Origin: Candidatus Caldarchaeales archaeon
GTDB lineage: Archaea > Thermoproteota > Nitrososphaeria_A > Caldarchaeales > Calditenuaceae
Reading direction: 5' to 3'
DNA: 64,000 nt
Assembly (NCBI GenBank): GCA_039630085.1
Contig: JBCNVM010000004.1
Coordinates: 1-64,000 of the forward strand
Part shown: piece by piece, positions 38,044 through 48,421 of the stretch
Numbering within the stretch: the first letter of the stretch is position 1
How the letters are laid out: each line of letters starts with the position of its first letter
The notes under the pieces: model-generated
What the model was told of the DNA's origin: nothing
The model's input: only the letters and a program-made list of their open reading frames with translations
Database searches by the model: none
Position numbers and translations under genes: made by a program

Positions 38044-40617
38044 ATGCAGCTGAAGCTCACCGACGTTCTCGCGCCCACGCAGCCAGGTGCCGTCAGGCAC
38101 GAGTCCCCCCGCTCAGAGAGAGCGTGGCCGGAGAACCTCAGGTTCCTGCTCTCGGCGGCGTACGACGGCTCCAGGGGTAAGGCCTATCTGAAGCTCTACA
38201 ACCCACACACTAGGAAGGTCGAGCTCCTCGAGGACAACACGGGCCACCTGCCCTACTGTCACACCGACCTCGGTGAGCCGGAGCTGCGGGCGGCCCTGAA
38301 GGAGACCGCCGAGAGGGTTGTCGGGTTCGAGAGGGTCAGGCTCTTCGACGCGCTCAGGCAGCAGGAGAGGACCATGACGAAGGTGATCGCGAAGGACCCG
38401 CTGACGATCGGCGGTAGGGCTTATTCGGTGAGGGAGAGGGTGACGGCCTGGGAGGCGGACATCCCGTATCACCTGAACTACTTGATGGACAGGGGCCTGA
38501 TCGTCGGAGCTCCCTACCTCCTCGGGAACGACGGCCAGCTCACGATGTACACCATGGAGATGGCGGAAGCGGTCTCGATCGCCAGAAGGCTGAAAGGCGT
38601 CGAGGAGAGGGACGTCGAGCTCGTCGCGGACTGGATACGGCTCCTCGAGGCAGAACAGCCCGACTTACCGGTCTGCGGGATCGACATCGAGGTCGCGAAC
38701 CCGATAGCCACGAGGGTCCCCGATCCCTCCAAGGCCGAGGACAAGGTCGTCGCGGTCGCGATTCGGGGCTCCGACGGAAGGAAGGACGTCCACATCTTGG
38801 TCGAGGCTGCCGAGCGGTCGGTGATCGAGGGCGACGGCTACAGGACGATAGCCCACGGATCGGAGCGCGAGATGCTCGAGGAGGTCTTCGAGGTGCTGGA
38901 CAGCGAGTACGCGGTGATCGCGACCTTCAACGGAGACGACTTCGACCTCCCGTACCTCCGGAACAGGGCCGAGAGGCTCGGAATACCCAGGGAGAGGGTC
39001 CCGATAGTCCTCGGCCGCGAGGGCGCGACCTTCGTGAGGGCGGTCCACGTCGACCTTTACGCGTTCTTCCTCAACAAGTCGATCCAGATCTACGCCTTCG
39101 ACAACAAGTACAGGGAGTTCACGCTAGAGGGGATCTCTCAGGCCCTGCTCGGGAAGGGGAAGGTGAAGATCGAGGAGCCGATCTCGTCACTCTCGGCCGT
39201 AAAGCTCGCGGAGTACTGCATGAACGACGCCGAGCTCGTCTACAACCTCCTCACCTTCGAGGACAGGCTCGTCCTGAGGCTGATGATGGTCCTCTGCAGG
39301 ATCAGCAGGCTTCCCGTCGAGGACCTCTGCAGGCACGGCGTCTCGGGTTGGATCAAGAACCTGCTCTACTTCGAGCACAGGAGGAAGGGCTGGCTGATCC
39401 CCAGGAAGGAGGAGATCCTCGAGGTCAAGGGAGGGACTGTCACGAAGGCCGTCATCGAGGGGAAGAAGTACAGGGGGGCGATCGTCGTCGACCCCGCGCC
39501 CGGGATCCACTTCGACGTGAAGGTCGTCGACTTCGCGTCGCTGTACCCGTCCGTCCTCGCCCGTTGGAACCTGAGCTACGAGACCATCAGGTGCCCCCAC
39601 GAAGAGTGCACGAGGAACTTGGTCCCGGAGACGCCCCACTGGGTCTGCACCAAGAACAGGGGCCTCCAGAGCTCGATCATAGGTGCCCTGAAGGAGGTGA
39701 GGGTCGGCCTCTACAAGCCCCGTAGCTCCGACAGGAGCCTCCCCGAGGGCCAGAGGAGGTGGTACGACGTGGTCCAGAAGGCGACGAAGGTCTTCCTTAA
39801 CGCCTCGTACGGCGTCTTCGGGTTCGAGGAGTTCCCGCTCTACTGCCCGCCCCTCGCCGAGAGCACCGCCGCGATCGGCAGGTACGTCTTCAAGTCCGCG
39901 ATAGAGAAGGTCAGGGAGCTGGGCGCGACCGTGGTTTACGGCGACACCGACTCGCTCTTCCTCAAGGGCGCGGACGGCGCGATCCTCGAGAGGCTGATCA
40001 GGTGGGCGGCGACGGACCTCGGACTCGACCTCGAGCCCGACAAGGAGTACGTTTACATCGTCTTCTCGTTAAGGAAGAAGAACTACCTGGGCCTGACGTC
40101 AAAGGGGGTAGTCGATGTCAAGGGTCTGACCGGGAAGAAGAGGCACATCCCGGACTTCATCAGGGAGGCCTTCAACTCGATGCTCCAGGAGCTCGCCAAC
40201 GTCAGGACCCCGGAGGACCTTGAGACCGTGAAGAGGCACATCGCGGACCTCATCAAGACGTGGCACAGGAAGCTGAGGAAGAGGGAGTTCGAGCTGGGCG
40301 AGCTCGCGTTCAGCGTGATGCTCTCCAAGCAGCCCGAGAGCTACACCGAGACGACGCCTCCACACGTGAAGGCCGCGAAGATCCTGCAGCAGCACGGCGT
40401 CCAGGTCACCTCTGGGGACATAATCAGGTACGTGAAGACCAAGGACAAGGTCGGCGTCGCGCCCCTTCACCCGAGCGTCAGGGTATCCAAGGACCAGATC
40501 GACGTCGAGAAGTACATCGAGTACATGAGGTCGACGTTCGAGCAGGTCCTCGACAGCCTCGACATGGACTTCGACGTGATCGTCGGGGTCGGGAGCCTAG
40601 AGCAGTTCTTCGCCTGA
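38044..40617 (+). CDS. polB1: Family B DNA polymerase, PolB1 type
   Basis: DIEV, FNGDDFD, YRGA, DFASLYPS, KVFLNASYG, YGDTDS, VKGLTGKKRH; no intein. Confidence 0.95.
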   Translation: MQLKLTDVLAPTQPGAVRHESPRSERAWPENLRFLLSAAYDGSRGKAYLKLYNPHTRKVELLEDNTGHLPYCHTDLGEPELRAALKETAERVVGFERVRLFDALRQQERTMTKVIAKDPLTIGGRAYSVRERVTAWEADIPYHLNYLMDRGLIVGAPYLLGNDGQLTMYTMEMAEAVSIARRLKGVEERDVELVADWIRLLEAEQPDLPVCGIDIEVANPIATRVPDPSKAEDKVVAVAIRGSDGRKDVHILVEAAERSVIEGDGYRTIAHGSEREMLEEVFEVLDSEYAVIATFNGDDFDLPYLRNRAERLGIPRERVPIVLGREGATFVRAVHVDLYAFFLNKSIQIYAFDNKYREFTLEGISQALLGKGKVKIEEPISSLSAVKLAEYCMNDAELVYNLLTFEDRLVLRLMMVLCRISRLPVEDLCRHGVSGWIKNLLYFEHRRKGWLIPRKEEILEVKGGTVTKAVIEGKKYRGAIVVDPAPGIHFDVKVVDFASLYPSVLARWNLSYETIRCPHEECTRNLVPETPHWVCTKNRGLQSSIIGALKEVRVGLYKPRSSDRSLPEGQRRWYDVVQKATKVFLNASYGVFGFEEFPLYCPPLAESTAAIGRYVFKSAIEKVRELGATVVYGDTDSLFLKGADGAILERLIRWAATDLGLDLEPDKEYVYIVFSLRKKNYLGLTSKGVVDVKGLTGKKRHIPDFIREAFNSMLQELANVRTPEDLETVKRHIADLIKTWHRKLRKREFELGELAFSVMLSKQPESYTETTPPHVKAAKILQQHGVQVTSGDIIRYVKTKDKVGVAPLHPSVRVSKDQIDVEKYIEYMRSTFEQVLDSLDMDFDVIVGVGSLEQFFA

Positions 40618-40671
40618 GGGTGCCGGTCTCCGGTATATCTTCAGGCGCTCCGAAAAAGACCAGGTGATCAC

Positions 40672-42048
40672 ATGCGGGCGAAAGGCGCTGCTTACCCCCT
40701 GATACCGCTGACGTTCGGGGTCCTGGCGCTCGTCGCGGGCCTCTCGACGAGTCAGGCGGTAGCGACGGCCATCTTCACCGCCATAATCGGTGGAACGCTC
40801 CTCTTCTGGAAGTTCAGGCTCGCCTTCGCGCTGGTCGGCGTCTTCGTCCTGATGGCGACCAGGCTCCTCGACGTCCCCACGTTCATCGAGTTCGCGAGTC
40901 TCGACGTGATAGTTTTCCTCCTCTGCATGATGACGGTGATAGGGTTCCTTGAGGAGAGGAGGTTCTTCGAGGTCGTGGTCGACAGGGTCCTGGAGGTCGG
41001 GGGGAGCAGCGCTGACCGGTTGGTACTGATATTGATGCTGATGTCGGCTCTCTCGGCCGCTCTGGTGGACGAGGTTACGTCGATCCTCTTCATGATGTCC
41101 TCGGCCGTAACGCTCGCGAGCAGGTTCCAGGTCTCTCTGATCCCGCTGATGCTGATGACGGTCTTCGCGACAAACATAGGGAGCAGCGCGACGGTCGTCG
41201 GCAACCCGATAGGAGTCCTGATCGCGCTGAACTCAGGCTACGGGTTCTTGGACTTCCTAAGGTGGGCGACGCCTCCAGCGATAATCGCCACGCTCGTCAC
41301 CTACCTCGCGTGCCGGTCCTACTTCAGTGGCTTCATGGAGGAGCTCGACGCCAAGCTGAGGGGGGCGAGGGCCGTCGATGCGAGGCAGGTCGCGGCGGCG
41401 CACGCGAACGGCGTTCAGGGCGTCGACAGGACCGCGCTAATCGTCTTCCTAGGCGTCATCGGCGGACTCGTGCTCCACACGCCCATCGAGGAACTCCTCG
41501 GGCTGAAGAAGAACACGATGCTGATCGGGGTCGCGATGGTCGGCGCCGGCGCGGTCCTCCTGATAGAGAGGGAGAGGGCGAGGGAGCTGATAGAGAGGAG
41601 AGTCGACTGGTGGACGCTGACCTTCTTCATGCTCTTCTTCGCGTCTGTGGGCACGCTGAGGTATACAGGCGTGACCGAGTTCATCGCTGGAGGCCTCATG
41701 CCCTTCTTCGCGCTCCCCGAGCACGTCTGGATACCCGCGTTCTACCTCGTCGTCGGGATCATGAGCGCGTTCATGGACAACGTGCTCGCGGTCGCCTTCT
41801 GGATCCCGATAGTCCAAGATCTCCTGACCACGGGGACCGTCGGGCCGGTCGTTTGGTGGCTGATGCTCTTCGCCGGGACCTACATCGGCAACCTCACCAT
41901 GATAGGGAGTACGGCGAACATCGTCGCGATCGGGATGATCGAGAGGCAGAGGATCGGACACGTAACGTTCAGGGAGTGGCTGAAGCCGGGACTCATAGGG
42001 TCGATGCCAGCCTCGGTCGTCGCGGTCGTCTGGTCGCTCCTGAACTGA
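40672..42048 (+). CDS. ArsB/NhaD (IT superfamily) anion permease
   Basis: SAALVDEVT, TNIGSSATVVGNP, SAFMDN, GNLTMIGSTAN. Confidence 0.85.
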   Translation: MRAKGAAYPLIPLTFGVLALVAGLSTSQAVATAIFTAIIGGTLLFWKFRLAFALVGVFVLMATRLLDVPTFIEFASLDVIVFLLCMMTVIGFLEERRFFEVVVDRVLEVGGSSADRLVLILMLMSALSAALVDEVTSILFMMSSAVTLASRFQVSLIPLMLMTVFATNIGSSATVVGNPIGVLIALNSGYGFLDFLRWATPPAIIATLVTYLACRSYFSGFMEELDAKLRGARAVDARQVAAAHANGVQGVDRTALIVFLGVIGGLVLHTPIEELLGLKKNTMLIGVAMVGAGAVLLIERERARELIERRVDWWTLTFFMLFFASVGTLRYTGVTEFIAGGLMPFFALPEHVWIPAFYLVVGIMSAFMDNVLAVAFWIPIVQDLLTTGTVGPVVWWLMLFAGTYIGNLTMIGSTANIVAIGMIERQRIGHVTFREWLKPGLIGSMPASVVAVVWSLLN

Positions 42049-42257
42049 GCCACCGTTTATCAGTCGGCTGGCGATATTTCTAGGTGCGATGAGGGGTCTG
42101 GCCAGGTCGATCCTCCGGAGATGAGAGCGATCTTGAGCGCCGAGCGCCCCCACTCAAGCTAGTCTTCGATCGGCGCTAGCGCGTAAGAGATCATAGTTGA
42201 ATTCTTGAGCTCTCGCGCAGAACCTGCGAAAGGGTTGCGCTTCGTTATCTATGGGCG

Positions 42258-43736
42258 TCAGCTGTCGAAGTAGAGGTAGAACTCGTACGGGTGCGGCAGA
42301 GCGCTGACTGCCCTGAACTGCGACATCTCCCACTCGACCAGAGCGTCGACGACGTCGTCGGTGAAGACCGGCCTGAGGAACTCCCTGTCGGAGAGGAGGG
42401 CCTCCACGGCCTCCTTCAGGCTCCCCGGAAGCTCCCTTATCCCCAGCTCCCTCCTCCTCTGGGGCGACAGGTGGTAGATGTTCTCGTCGACCGGAGGGCC
42501 GGGGTCGATCTTCCTCTTTATGCCATCGAGCCCAGCCATCAGCATCGCGGAGAAGCAGAGGTATGGATTCGCTGACGGGTCTGGCGTCCTGAACTCGACC
42601 CTCTTCGACTTCGCGGCCTTGCTCGTCCTCTTGACGTATACCGGGATCCTGACGTTCGCGGACCTGTTGGACCTGCTCCAAGCGATGAAGATCGGCGCCT
42701 CGTAGCCCGGGACCAGCCTCCTGTAGGAGTTTGTCGTCGGGGCCACGATCGCGGCGAGGGCCCTGCTGTGCTCGAGGAGTCCCCCGATGAAGTACCTCGC
42801 GAGCTGGCTGAGCTCAGCGTACTCGTCGTTCGGGTCGTAAAATAGGTTCACGCCGTCCCTCCAAAGGCTGACGTGGACGTGCATCCCCGAGCCGTTGTCG
42901 CCGTATATCGGCTTGGGCATGAAGGTCGCTATCAGACCCATCTGGTTCGCGACGTTCTTGGCGACGTACCTGTAGGTCTGGGCCTTGTCGGCCATCCTGA
43001 CGAGCGTGTCGTACCTCATGTCGATCTCGCACTGGCCCGCGGTCGCCACCTCGTGGTGGTGAGCGTCTATCTGTATGCCGAAGTAGTCGAGGAGGACCCT
43101 GCTCATCTCGTTCCTGAACTCCATCAGCGTGTCCTGCGGCGGGGCCGGGAAGTAACCCTCCTTGTACCTGATCGGATAGCCCGAGCCGTCTGCGGAGGAG
43201 TTCCACGCGCCCTCCCTCGACTCGATCCTGAAGGCCATGCCCCGCTGAGGCGTCGAGACGTCCCAGTGGACCCTGTCGAAGACGAAGAACTCGATCTCCG
43301 GGCCCCAGTAGGAGACGTCGAAGCCCTGCTCCCTCAGGTACTGCTCGGCCCTCTGTGCGACGTACCTCGGGTCCCTGGAGAACCTGCCCTCCCCGAATCC
43401 CTTGTAGACGTCGGCGATCATCCTGGCCGTCTTGGTGCCGTCAGGGCCCCACGGCAGCAGCGCGAACGTCGCCGGGTCGGGCCTCAGGACCATGTCGGAC
43501 TCGTAGATCTCCGCGAAGCCCCTGATCGAGGAGCCGTCGAGCTTCGGGACGCCCTCCTCGAAGTGCTCGATGTCGAAGTACTCCGCGGTGACGGTCACGT
43601 GCTGGAGCTTCCCGGGCAGGTCCGTGAACTGGAGGTCGAGGAACCTCACGCTCTCCTGCTTCATCAGCTCCATCACCTGCTCCGCGGTCGTCTCCCAAGG
43701 TATCGCCTTCGCCCTCTCGTACGCTGCCAGCACCAT
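42258..43736 (-). CDS. glnA: Glutamine synthetase type I
   Basis: DGSSI, HHHEVA, FMPKP, NGSGMH, NSYRRLVPGYEAP, NRSA; start at ATG 43736 inferred. Confidence 0.96.
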   Translation of the reverse strand: MVLAAYERAKAIPWETTAEQVMELMKQESVRFLDLQFTDLPGKLQHVTVTAEYFDIEHFEEGVPKLDGSSIRGFAEIYESDMVLRPDPATFALLPWGPDGTKTARMIADVYKGFGEGRFSRDPRYVAQRAEQYLREQGFDVSYWGPEIEFFVFDRVHWDVSTPQRGMAFRIESREGAWNSSADGSGYPIRYKEGYFPAPPQDTLMEFRNEMSRVLLDYFGIQIDAHHHEVATAGQCEIDMRYDTLVRMADKAQTYRYVAKNVANQMGLIATFMPKPIYGDNGSGMHVHVSLWRDGVNLFYDPNDEYAELSQLARYFIGGLLEHSRALAAIVAPTTNSYRRLVPGYEAPIFIAWSRSNRSANVRIPVYVKRTSKAAKSKRVEFRTPDPSANPYLCFSAMLMAGLDGIKRKIDPGPPVDENIYHLSPQRRRELGIRELPGSLKEAVEALLSDREFLRPVFTDDVVDALVEWEMSQFRAVSALPHPYEFYLYFDS

Positions 43737-43834
43737 TTCGCGGCCTTCGCTCAGACTCTGGCTATAAGCTTTCCGCACGCAGGATACGTTTGTCCAAGGT
43801 AAAGGTAAATTTGTTGTCTGATTGTACAGAGGGT

Positions 43835-44362
43835 ATGAGCGAGGATGTAGAGCTGGATGAGCTAGACGTAGCCATTTTGAGGGAATTGGTGGAGAACGGC
43901 AGAAGTTCGTTCAGGGAGATAGCGAAGAGGCTGAACACTTCGGTCGGCACGGTCACGAGCAGGGTGAAGAGGATGGAGACGGCGGGCGTGATAAAGGGCT
44001 ACACGGCGCTGGTCGAAGCGGAGAAACTGGGCTTCGAGCTCACGGCGATAACCGCAGTCACGGTCTCGAGGGGGAAGCTGCTGGAGGTCCAGAGGGAGAT
44101 CGCCTCGCTCCCGAACACGGTGGCGGTCTACGACGTGACCGGCGTCGTGGACAGCATCGTCGTCTCGAAGTTCAGGAACAGGCAGGAGCTGAGCGAGTTC
44201 ACGAAGAGGATACTCAGCATCCCGTACGTGGAGAGGACCAACACCCACATCGCCCTGACGGTCGTCAAGGAGGACTTCAGGGGCCTGCTCAGGACGCTGG
44301 GCGAGGCCCCCGCGGCGAAGAGGGGCCCGGCGAGGAGGCCGGAGGTCGAGGGGTACGGCTGA
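43835..44362 (+). CDS. Lrp/AsnC family regulator, divergent from glnA
   Basis: LDELDVAIL...EIAKRL...RVKRMETAGVIKGY, VYDVTG. Confidence 0.92.
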   Translation: MSEDVELDELDVAILRELVENGRSSFREIAKRLNTSVGTVTSRVKRMETAGVIKGYTALVEAEKLGFELTAITAVTVSRGKLLEVQREIASLPNTVAVYDVTGVVDSIVVSKFRNRQELSEFTKRILSIPYVERTNTHIALTVVKEDFRGLLRTLGEAPAAKRGPARRPEVEGYG

Positions 44363-44378
44363 GCCAAGGAGGTTCGGG

Positions 44379-45227
44379 ATGGAGAGGCTCAGGGTGGGGC
44401 TCGCGCAGGTCCAGAGCAGGATAGGCGACGTCGGGTGGAACCTGAGGAGGCACCTCGCGATGGTCGAGGAGGCCAAGTCGAGGGGCGTGGACCTCCTGAT
44501 CTTCCCGGAGCTCTCGCTCACGGGCTACGTCCTGAGGGACCTCGCCTACGAGGTCGTCGGGGCGTGCAGGGCCGCGGCCTCTAGGGTCAGGGAGGCCTCG
44601 AAGGGGTGCGCTGTGGTCTTCGGAGGCGTCGACGAGGTCAGGCCGGGGGTCCTGAGGAACACGGCCTTCGTCGTCAGCGATGGGAAGCTGATGGCTCGCG
44701 TCCCGAAGTTCTACCTGCCGACGTACGGTCTCTTCGAGGAGGCCAGGTACTTCGAGCAGGGAGACCCCCTGAAGGACCTGAGGACCATCGGACTGGGGAA
44801 GTGGGGCTTAGGGGTCGCGATCTGCGAGGACCTCTGGCACCCCGAGCCGGCGGAGGCCCTCACTAGGATGGGCGCGGAGCTGATCGCCTGCATCGCCGCT
44901 TCCCCCGCCAGGGGGATAGGCGGGGGGCACCGGGGGCGCGATGGCGTCTGGATCAGGGAGGCCTGGAGCGCGATCCTGAGGGCCACCGCGATCACCAACA
45001 CGGTCCACGTCGCCTTCGCGAACCTCGTCGGTCCTGAGGATGAGGAGTACTTCTGGGGAGGGTCTATGGTGGTGGGCCCCGACGGCTCCGTGCTCTGTGA
45101 GGCCAAGCTCTTCGAGGAGGACCTCGTGGTCTGCGAAGTCGACCTCGAGGAGAACGTCAGGGCGAGGAGGTTCAGCTCCTTCAGGGTCCACAGGAGGGAG
45201 TTCCACAGGCTGCTCTCAGAGCTCTAG
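44379..45227 (+). CDS. Nitrilase-family amidohydrolase (NAD synthetase glutaminase-domain-like)
   Basis: FPELSLTGY, KFYLPTYGLFEEARYF, ICEDLWH. Confidence 0.85.
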   Translation: MERLRVGLAQVQSRIGDVGWNLRRHLAMVEEAKSRGVDLLIFPELSLTGYVLRDLAYEVVGACRAAASRVREASKGCAVVFGGVDEVRPGVLRNTAFVVSDGKLMARVPKFYLPTYGLFEEARYFEQGDPLKDLRTIGLGKWGLGVAICEDLWHPEPAEALTRMGAELIACIAASPARGIGGGHRGRDGVWIREAWSAILRATAITNTVHVAFANLVGPEDEEYFWGGSMVVGPDGSVLCEAKLFEEDLVVCEVDLEENVRARRFSSFRVHRREFHRLLSEL

Positions 45228-45229
45228 CC

Positions 45230-46160
45230 TTGAACAGGGAAGACGTTCCGCACATCGTCGCCTCCTCCGCGACCTCGGCCCTCCTCGTCGAGCTGCTCGC
45301 GACCCCGAAGCCCGGGCTGGTCGACCGCTGGAGCGACCTCAGGGAGCTCAGCGCGATCAGGATGCAGGCGAGCGCGGTCTCGCTCTACAGGTGGTTCCAC
45401 GAGTCCGCGGAGAGGGGGAGCAGGGGTTTGAGGCCCGGCGAGCTCGGCGAGCTGGTCCTCCGGGCCGTCGAGTCGTCCCTCTCGGCCCAGAGGGGCGGGA
45501 ACGCCCACCTCGGAGCGGTTCTGCTGCTGGTCCCGCTCTGCGCCGCCGCCGGGGCCTCGATCGGGAAGGGCGGGAGTCCAGGTGAGACAGCGCTGAGAAG
45601 GGCGGCGAGGGATGTGCTGGCGGGTGCCGATTGGCGCGACACGCTGGGCGTCTTTAGGGCGATCAGGCTCTCGAGGCCCGGAGGGCTCGGCTCGGTGCCG
45701 TATCTGGACGTCAACGACGAGAGGACGCACGGAGAGGTGAGAAGGCGAAGAATCGGTCTGCTCGAGGCGCTGGGAGCGTACCCCGGCAGGGACCTCGTGG
45801 CCGACGAGCTGGTCGGCGGTTACCCCATCGCGTTCGGGAGGTGCCTGCGCGAGCTGAGGAGGGCCCTGAGGGCCGGGAGCGACCTGAGCGCGGCCGCGGT
45901 CAACGGCCTGCTGGCGGTGATGGCCGAGAGGCCCGACACGCACGTGGTGAGGAGGAACGGTCTCCACGCGGCGCTACTCGCCAGGGAGATGGCCGCCAGG
46001 GCCCTCAGAGCGGGGAGGCGCGACGACCGCTAGGGGAAGGAGGGTCCTCGAGGAGATGGACAGGCTCTTTCGGGAGAGGGACATCAGGCCAGGGTCCTCC
46101 GCCGACGTCCTCGACGCGGCCCTCATGGTCCTGCTGCTGGTCGACCGGGTCAGGCCCTGA
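45230..46160 (+). pseudogene. citG: CitG family triphosphoribosyl-dephospho-CoA synthase with an apparent +1 frameshift
   Basis: PKPGLV, GNAHLG, PDT; the C-terminal RPGSSAD motif continues in another frame to TGA 46160 after GGGG at 46012-46015. Confidence 0.75.
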
Positions 46161-47007
46161 GCGGCTTCGAAGGCCTCCCGATCACCGCAGAGACCATCCT
46201 GATCGCGTCCAGCGAGGGCCCCACCTCGTGAGTCCTGACCACGTCGGCGCCGTTCATCACCGCCACCGCCTCGGAGGCGATCGAGCCGAATACCCTCTCG
46301 TCGGTGGCCTGCCTCCCGGTCAGCTTCCCTATGAAGCTCTTCATCGAGCACCCCACGAGGAGCGGCCTTCCGAGGTCCCTGAGCTCCCCCAGCCTCCTGA
46401 GGATCTCGATGTCCACTTGGTACCACTTCAGCGTCGCGTGCTCCCTGTGGAACCCCACGCCCGGGTCGAGGACTATCCTCTCCTCCTCGATGCCCGCGGA
46501 GAGCGCCCTCTCCATCGCGGACCTCAGCCTCGACCTTATGCCCTCGATCACGTCGCCCTCTCTGACCTCCCTCGCCATGAGGACCAGCGAGACTCCGGAG
46601 TCCGCGATCTCCCCCAGGATGCCCACGAGGTGCGCGAGGCCGTGGACGTCGTTGATCGCGTCGACGCCGAGCCTAAGTCCCTCCAGCGCCGGTCTGACCC
46701 TGTAGGTGTCCAAGGAGATGGGCACGTCGACCGCGTCCCTCACCGCTCTGATCGCCATCCTGACCCTCTCGGCCTCGACCTCCTCTGGGACCGTCGTCTC
46801 GAGATAGGGCGCCGAGGACATCCCTCCGACATCTATCACGTCGGCTCCCTCCTCTACCATCCTCGCCGCTGCCTCCGAGACCTCTTCGGGCGTCCTCCTC
46901 ACCGAGGACTTGTGGAAGGACTCGGGGCTGACGTTGATGATCCCCATCACCGCGACCGGCCTGCCCTCCCCGACCTCGACCCTCCCGATCCGGGCGAGCC
47001 TGGGCAC
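46150..47007 (-). CDS. folP: Dihydropteroate synthase
   Basis: MGIINVSPESF, IDVGG, SLDT, DPGVGF, SMKSFI, VRTH. Confidence 0.92.
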   Translation of the reverse strand: MPRLARIGRVEVGEGRPVAVMGIINVSPESFHKSSVRRTPEEVSEAAARMVEEGADVIDVGGMSSAPYLETTVPEEVEAERVRMAIRAVRDAVDVPISLDTYRVRPALEGLRLGVDAINDVHGLAHLVGILGEIADSGVSLVLMAREVREGDVIEGIRSRLRSAMERALSAGIEEERIVLDPGVGFHREHATLKWYQVDIEILRRLGELRDLGRPLLVGCSMKSFIGKLTGRQATDERVFGSIASEAVAVMNGADVVRTHEVGPSLDAIRMVSAVIGRPSKPLRA

Positions 47008-47089
47008 CGGGCAACGCGGGGCCTCTTTCCTTTTAGGGCTTAACCGGCTTTGCCAACCCTTAAAGTCCCGGAGAAGGACGTCGAAGAGA

Positions 47090-48421
47090 ATGCGGCTCCA
47101 GAGGGCCTACGACGACTTGGTTCAGAGGAAGGGCACGTCGATCACGTTGAGCCTAGATCCTCCGCCGGAGCGCTTCCGGGACCCGAAGTCGAGGCTCGAG
47201 TTCTGCAGGAAAGCGATCGAGGAGCTCTCGGCATATGCGGTCGCGGTCAAGCTGAACGAGAACTTCGTCAGGGGCATCCCAGCCGAGGACCTCAGGGCGC
47301 TGAACGAGCTCGCGAGGTCGAGGGAGTGCATCACGGTCCTCGACTGCAAGATGAACGACGTCGAGCACACGATCTCCGCAGGCGTGAGGACAGTCTCAGA
47401 GCTCGGGTTCGACGGGTTCACCTTCAACCCCGTTATCGGCAACTCGGAGCACGTGGTCAGGGAGGCGTCGTCGAGGGGGCTCTGGACCTTCGCGCTGGTC
47501 CTCCCCTCCTCGCCGCGCGCCGCCGCGACCTACCTCTCGACTCTCTCGACGGGAGAGAGGCTCTACGAGCGGCTACTCAATGAGGCGGTGAAGGCGGGCT
47601 CGGAGGGCTTCGTGGTCGGACTTGGGCCCCACGTCGACGGGCCGACTCTCAGGAGGGTGAGGAGGAGGGTCGGGGACGACGCGGTCCTGCTGATACCGGG
47701 CCTCGGCGCACAGGGCGGTGAGCTGAGGCTCGCGGCCCGGTACGGCGGCGAGAGGGTCCTCTTCAACTATGGTAGGTCCGTGCTCGAGGCGGCTCTGCCC
47801 GCGGAGAGGGCTCGGGAGCTGAGGGACGAGGCCGAGCGGTTGAGGGCGAGGTACTCCGTGATCGAGGCGCTCGCCTCCTGCGAGGGCGCGGTCGTGGAGT
47901 CGGAGCAGCCCATCAGGCTCTCCTCCGGGAAGCTCTCCCACTACTACATCGACACGAGGGCCCTCTACTCGTACCCGGCGGCGAGGGAGAAGGTCGTGAG
48001 GCTGATGGTCGCGTCGGTCAGCAGGGCAGTCGGCCGGAGGGGGTTCAAGGTCGCGACCACCGCGACCGCGGGGATCCCGATCGCGGCGCTGGTCGCGGAC
48101 AGGCTCGGCGCGGGGCTCGTGTACTACAGGTCAGGGTCGAAGGACCACGGCCTCGGGAAGAGGATCGAGGGCGTCGTCTCACCGGGAGAGGAGTTCGTCG
48201 GGGTCGACGACCTGACGACGACCGGCAGGACCGCGGCAGAGTGCGCGAGGGCGCTGAGGGAGTCAGGCGGCAGGATATCGCAATACTTCGTCGTGGTGGA
48301 CAGGCAGGAGGGCGCTGCGGAGGCGCTGGCCTCTGAGGGGATGATCCTCCACCCGCTCTGCACCGTCGACGAGGAGTTCTGGGAGGCGGTCAGGGAGCTC
48401 AGGTCGCAGGGGAATGGCTAG
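47090..48421 (+). CDS. pyrF-pyrE: Fused OMP decarboxylase - orotate phosphoribosyltransferase
   Basis: DCKMNDVEHT, IPGLGAQGG; then LSSG, YYID, KDHG, VDDLTTTG, VVDRQEG. Confidence 0.88.
   Translation: MRLQRAYDDLVQRKGTSITLSLDPPPERFRDPKSRLEFCRKAIEELSAYAVAVKLNENFVRGIPAEDLRALNELARSRECITVLDCKMNDVEHTISAGVRTVSELGFDGFTFNPVIGNSEHVVREASSRGLWTFALVLPSSPRAAATYLSTLSTGERLYERLLNEAVKAGSEGFVVGLGPHVDGPTLRRVRRRVGDDAVLLIPGLGAQGGELRLAARYGGERVLFNYGRSVLEAALPAERARELRDEAERLRARYSVIEALASCEGAVVESEQPIRLSSGKLSHYYIDTRALYSYPAAREKVVRLMVASVSRAVGRRGFKVATTATAGIPIAALVADRLGAGLVYYRSGSKDHGLGKRIEGVVSPGEEFVGVDDLTTTGRTAAECARALRESGGRISQYFVVVDRQEGAAEALASEGMILHPLCTVDEEFWEAVRELRSQGNG

Noticed and set aside
38044-40617. Intein in PolB
   Set aside because: Polymerase motifs are contiguous and the length is normal
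46031-46033. Amber read-through (pyrrolysine) in citG
   Set aside because: The conserved tail is in a different frame, so read-through would not restore it
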